A DNA stretch of 64,000 nucleotides from Mayamaea pseudoterrestris (Eukaryota): the NCBI GenBank assembly GCA_027923505.1, contig BROI01000002.1, forward strand, positions 1,364,001 to 1,428,000, in the 5' to 3' direction. Under the pieces are notes generated by a model. That model had not been told where the DNA came from. It saw only the letters and a program-made list of their open reading frames with translations, and did no database searches. A program made the translations under genes and the position numbers. Positions 58,868 through 64,000 of the stretch are shown here, piece after piece (the stretch's first letter is position 1; every line of letters begins with the position of its first letter).

Positions 58868-59257
58868 TCATCGATGCGGCTCGTACAATCCAATGACATG
58901 ACCATCTGGCGTTCTCAACGAGGCGACTGCCCCATGCGCCGGAAACTGAATGGGTCCATCCAAGTGCGCGCCGGCTTGGATGCATTTGCTGACAGTGTCT
59001 GGCAAATTTTGTATTTCAAACGTCAGTATGGGAGAGTAGCCAGTCGATAATTGGGCCTCCGAGTTGTTGACAGCTTGTAGACATATCTTCGTACCGCTTG
59101 CTGCATTCGCCGATGATGGCGACGATACTAGCTCGGCCCAATCATCCGTCACGCGCAGGACTGACAAACCAATGGCTTCGTGGTAAAATTGCACGGCGCT
59201 GGAAAGACCGTCGGCGCCTCGGACAGTCAAGATGACTCGCGATAGTTGAGCGAGCAT
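58868..59257 (-). CDS. Glyoxalase/VOC-family protein
   Basis: 'AVQFYHEAIGL', 'LTFEI', 'RTPDGHVIGLYE'. Confidence 0.85.
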   Translation of the reverse strand: MLAQLSRVILTVRGADGLSSAVQFYHEAIGLSVLRVTDDWAELVSSPSSANAASGTKICLQAVNNSEAQLSTGYSPILTFEIQNLPDTVSKCIQAGAHLDGPIQFPAHGAVASLRTPDGHVIGLYEPHR

Positions 59258-59584
59258 TTTTTATAATGTCGATGCTTGTATAAGTAGCCGCAAGAGTCAA
59301 GGGTAGAAGCGGCGATGAAGTTTGTGCAAAATTCAGCGCGGCGGAAAATAAAACGCGGTCCGACATGCCCTAGTCGCATCATGAGTTTAGCTTCTACTTC
59401 CCCAACTGGATCGGCTTTAACTTTAAAGCGCTACAAGCAAAGCTAATATAATACGAAACCTTCCGCTTTAGTTTTTTTAATAATGCTCATTGCTCCACTG
59501 ATCTTCTATTGTGAAATCCACTAACAACCGTTCCACTGTCCGCCGCCACCATCAAAAGATACTCTCGCAATCAATAAAACAAGT

Positions 59585-60175
<591 letters not shown>

Positions 60176-60180
60176 TCACC

Positions 60181-61616
60181 ATGAGGATCCGTTGCGTTCA
60201 CCTCCTTTGTTGCCTGGCGCTTCCGTCGGTTGAATCGTCCACGGCGGCTGCGTCGGCACTGGAGGCGTTCAAGTCACTCGATTATCGCTACTTTGTTGCA
60301 GGTACGAATGGATCACGACTCGAGCATCATGTATATTGGCTCGTCATGACTGAAAATGCCGATGCAAAATCTTTTACATCATTCGACTAACTCGCCAATT
60401 CTTTGCAACAGGAGGAACATGTGCCGCCATTAGTCATGGAATCACGACTCCGATTGATGTGGTACGTAGATATAACAGGTATATGGTTCGAATTGCAATG
60501 TTTCCGATGGACGAATCTGCAGAAATGGCACTGCGTAACATAAGCGTATAGCAACTCAAGAATGAGCTGCAACGTTCTTGAGGCAAGACCGAAGTGAATC
60601 TCACTCTCTCGCGCGCTTACTCTTATTTCTATATAGGTCAAAACACGCATTCAAGCCAATCCGAAAAAGTATACCAAAGGTATGGTTCAAGCGTCACTCG
60701 ACATTATGAAGGAAGATGGATCGGAAGTATTGCTTGGCGGACTAGGACCAACCATCGTTGGATACGGCATTGAAGGAGCCATGAAGTTTGGAGTATACGA
60801 AGTCATGAAGCCAGTCTTTAAAGCCTTGCTGAGCGGCGGCAGTGGCAGCGGCGACGGGCAGCAAGCACTGGCGTACCTCATGGCTAGCATAGTCGCCGGT
60901 GCAGTCGCGGCGATGCTGCTTTGCCCCATGGAATCGACACGCATCAAGATTGTGACTGATCCGGGATACGCCGGCAAGAGCTTTATTCCAGCTTTTACCA
61001 AACTGATCAATGAGGACGGGTTTCTTTCCACGTTTGGAGGTATCTGGGCCATGCTCGCCAAGCAAGTACCATATACGTTTGGAAAGCAGGTCAGCTTTGA
61101 CATGTTTGCAAGTGCCCTCTACATTTTCCTTCATTCGCTCCAGGAAAACGTTTCGTACTTGACAGATTCGACTGTCAAGTGGGCTGTTAGTGTCATTGCC
61201 GCATTTTGCGCATCCATTGTTGCCTGCATCTTTAGCCAGCCTGGTGACATGATCTTGACCGAAACCTACCGACCGCAAAAGGCTGCAGTAACCAGTTCGC
61301 GTCGAGGAAGGGTTGGTACACCAGTGCCAAAGCCGCCACAGTCAACCTTTTCGCAAATTGTCGGCAACCTCTACAAGGAAGGGGGTGTGTCGCAATTCTT
61401 CACTGGAACACAAGCTAGAATTGTGCACGTGGGCCTCATTATCACGAGTCAGGTGAGTCCTTGCTGAATCTACGAGGCTATTGTAGTATACCCACATTTC
61501 TTCGCCGTTTGACGCCATTGCTCATTGCTCACTCATTTTTTGCTGTGTCCACACAGTTGGTAATATACGACATCGTCAAGCAACTGCTTGGCTTACCAGC
61601 TACTGGCTCGCACTAA
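60181..61616 (+). CDS. Mitochondrial-carrier-family protein, phosphate-carrier-like, with N-terminal signal-like peptide; introns 60302..60411, 60462..60636, 61453..61556
   Basis: PIDV|VKTRIQ, PMESTRI, 'KQVPYT', QPGD carrier signatures; all splices keep frame. Confidence 0.88.
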
Positions 61617-61897
61617 ATTAGGTAATTACGCTGAAAGATAAACATTAGAGATGTGAAGGAATGACAGTCTAAATTAGTGAAAGTTAAACATAAGAAATGT
61701 GACGGAACGACAGAGCTTACAAGTGCAGTTTGAGCAAGATTCCATTGCCTTTGATTAGCGCCAGTCGCTCCGGTTATCAATTTCGCCCACCCGCGAGAGC
61801 GCGAGAGGATTGCCGTCGTCGCATGATCTGCCATCATCAGTCATCACGTTTTTGCTCGCTAACTGATCCACTCACACTAGTACTCGAATAGAACACT

Positions 61898-62641
61898 ATG
61901 GGCCGTCGAGCGAAAAAAGCGCCGGTAAGCATAAATGCTTTTGTTTAGAACTTGTGCCAGGGACGAGTCACCATCCGTCGTGTTCCAGTTCCTCGCTCTC
62001 CAGCACACTTGATACTTACAAGCAACTTGTTCCTGTTTCTCCTTTCTTGACTATGACTGATTCTTCTTCATATCCTTTTATGTGTAGGTTGTCACAAAGA
62101 AGCGAGTCAAGCTTGCGAAGCGGTTCAAGTGTCCCTTTTGTGCGAACGAAGACGTTGTCGAATGTAAAATGGTGAGTGTGTCGAAGACAAGATGTTAAGG
62201 TAGAGACGGCAAGCATGACGCATCATAGTCTGAATGTTTGACTGTGTGCGACGTATTCCTTGCATATTTCATTCATTATTTTTGCTCCATTTATCAACGA
62301 AATAGGATCATAAAAACGGAACTGGCTCCTTGGCGTGCCGCCTCTGCGGCGCATCATACTCGATGCCGATTCACAGTTTACACGAGCCAATCGACGTGTT
62401 CTCCGAGTGGCTCGACGACTGTGAAGCGGCGGCCAATCCCCACGATGCTTCCGCCGCGGCTCCGGCGCGCTACGAGGATGAGGAAGATGACGACGATGAT
62501 GACGCCATTCTTGAAAGCTCGGGACTGGGCGGCCCGTCTGCCAAGGCTAGCAGCGGCGGCAATGCAGCGGCTGGAGGCGCTCAGAGGGAGTCTTACACGG
62601 ATATTGGACTGGACGATTCGGATGACGACGATGACGAGTGA
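61898..62641 (+). CDS. ELF1: Transcription elongation factor Elf1/ELOF1; introns 61925..62087, 62172..62305
   Basis: MGRRAKK..FKCPFC..C..CRLC..EPIDVFSEWLDDCE + acidic tail. Confidence 0.93.
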
Positions 62642-62977
62642 AAGTGCGAGACTGTGTGATTCATGATGTGCGCGACCTGGTTAATTAAAATTGAAACAAT
62701 CGTGCTTATACTGAAGATGCTAGAAGCTTTATAATACACCACGAAATGCGCTGATGTTTTTATACCTTCCATTTGTAATAACTTATGCAGATTGAATAGT
62801 TAGATTAGCATGGTTTACGTACTGTTAGCTGCCCATGCGCGTACTGGTACGACGCAAAAACCAGTACGACATATCATGACTCATGTCGAAGCGCGCGGCG
62901 TGCGCGGAGGCTCATCGCCATGGAGGGAGCGAGAGTCGGCAAGAGATTTGTGTAACATTTTTGCACCCATTTGCGCC

Positions 62978-64000
62978 ATGATGACTTACTCTGGCCGCAG
63001 CTTTGGGGCATGCCTCTTTCTATCAACAATTGTCAATGCGAGCTCCATACTTTCGTTATTGACCTTTGTGAATGCCAACTCGTTTGGAACCGAAACCCTT
63101 CCGCGATCGACCCATCATGCCATACCCCGTAGCAACACTCGTCGACGACAACCTCCATGGAACCCATCCTCACAAATAGACGCCGATGGCTTTCTTTCCG
63201 ACTCATATCTTCGTCTACCAGGAGACTGGGAAGAAGAGTTTCGACTTCGAACGTCATTCTCGACGGACCATCCCTGCTTTGTTCGACAAGTCCCTGGAGA
63301 CGGCAACTGCTTGTTTCATTCCATTAGCTTATGTTTATATCACGCCGAAAATGGCACTCATTGGAATATCCAAGGCCAACGATCCTTGGATGAATTGTAT
63401 CAACGATCGAGACTCCTTCGCTCGCAAGCGGTCGAGTGCCTCAAGAGTTCCAATCGGCGGCTGTTTCTGCAAGGCCGCGAGAGTCTCAAGGCGCATGAGC
63501 TAGTGCAAGCGGCGGCGCAGCAATACGGATTAACGTCGGACGAGTATTGTGAAGCCATGCAGCAAGACTGTGTTTGGGGCGGCGGACCGGAAATTGTTGC
63601 CCTCTGCAACCAACTGCAGCGACCGATTCATGTGTATGAGCTTGCGACAAGTTTGGATCATGAGGAAGAGGACGATGACATGGAAGACGACGTTGGTGAC
63701 ATGCTACAAGATAGTGACGGCAGCTTTACCAAGCGGCGACATCGCCAGTTGCCATCGACGACTCCATCCTCATTTATACTTCGACGCATGGCCTGCTTTG
63801 GTTCACCAAGGTTTGATAAGCGACCAGCCTTGCACATACTGAGTGCCGACTCTCGCTTTCCCGACTTGCAGCCGGGAAGCCAGCTAGCTTCTGGAAATCA
63901 CTTTTTGGCCGTTTTTCCAGTCATGGAGTCGAGGAAGAAACCGCGAAAGTTGCTGCGGGGTGGATCCATATTTCTCAACTGGCGCAAGGACGACGAAGAC
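62978..64000 (+). CDS. OTU-family cysteine protease with hydrophobic N-terminus; runs off window end
   Basis: Manual translation: 'VRQVPGDGNCLFHSI', 'WGGGPEIVAL', 'IHVY', 'GNHFLA'; absent from the ORF track because no stop lies in the window. Confidence 0.88.
   Translation, partial: MMTYSGRSFGACLFLSTIVNASSILSLLTFVNANSFGTETLPRSTHHAIPRSNTRRRQPPWNPSSQIDADGFLSDSYLRLPGDWEEEFRLRTSFSTDHPCFVRQVPGDGNCLFHSISLCLYHAENGTHWNIQGQRSLDELYQRSRLLRSQAVECLKSSNRRLFLQGRESLKAHELVQAAAQQYGLTSDEYCEAMQQDCVWGGGPEIVALCNQLQRPIHVYELATSLDHEEEDDDMEDDVGDMLQDSDGSFTKRRHRQLPSTTPSSFILRRMACFGSPRFDKRPALHILSADSRFPDLQPGSQLASGNHFLAVFPVMESRKKPRKLLRGGSIFLNWRKDDED

Overview
Gene-dense, intron-poor eukaryotic nuclear DNA, almost certainly from a diatom. 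The evidence is short GT-AG introns, bipartite signal-peptide+'ASAF'-type plastid presequences and diatom-style HSF and PS-repeat genes. About 40 protein-coding genes are readable, among them SF3A2, an RLP7/uL30-like protein, riboflavin synthase, an LYR protein, a TKL kinase, a USP32-like DUB, RtcB, an NadD-like transferase, MDP-1, RPL21, UBA52, a phosphate-carrier-like MCF, ELF1 and an OTU protease. The most unusual region is 30.6-35.5 kb: a tandem array of three small proteins that each join a PARP-type zinc finger to an HRDC domain with no catalytic domain, followed by a stand-alone HRDC gene. The array overlaps a 2,455-bp-offset duplication whose identity changes abruptly along its length. 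Other notable items are a SAP30 Sin3-binding-like domain spliced onto an SGF29 tandem Tudor, a PNK 3'-phosphatase/kinase/aldo-keto-reductase fusion with an in-frame TAG, and a GCR1_C-domain protein. The window also holds a CpG-depleted frameshifted PS-repeat pseudogene, a ~1.1-kb TIR element with palindromic 30-bp tandem repeats, a perfect (CAG)58(GAG)14 coding tract and a recurrent non-coding palindrome, TACCGGTA. All domain calls come from motif recognition by eye; no database search was run.
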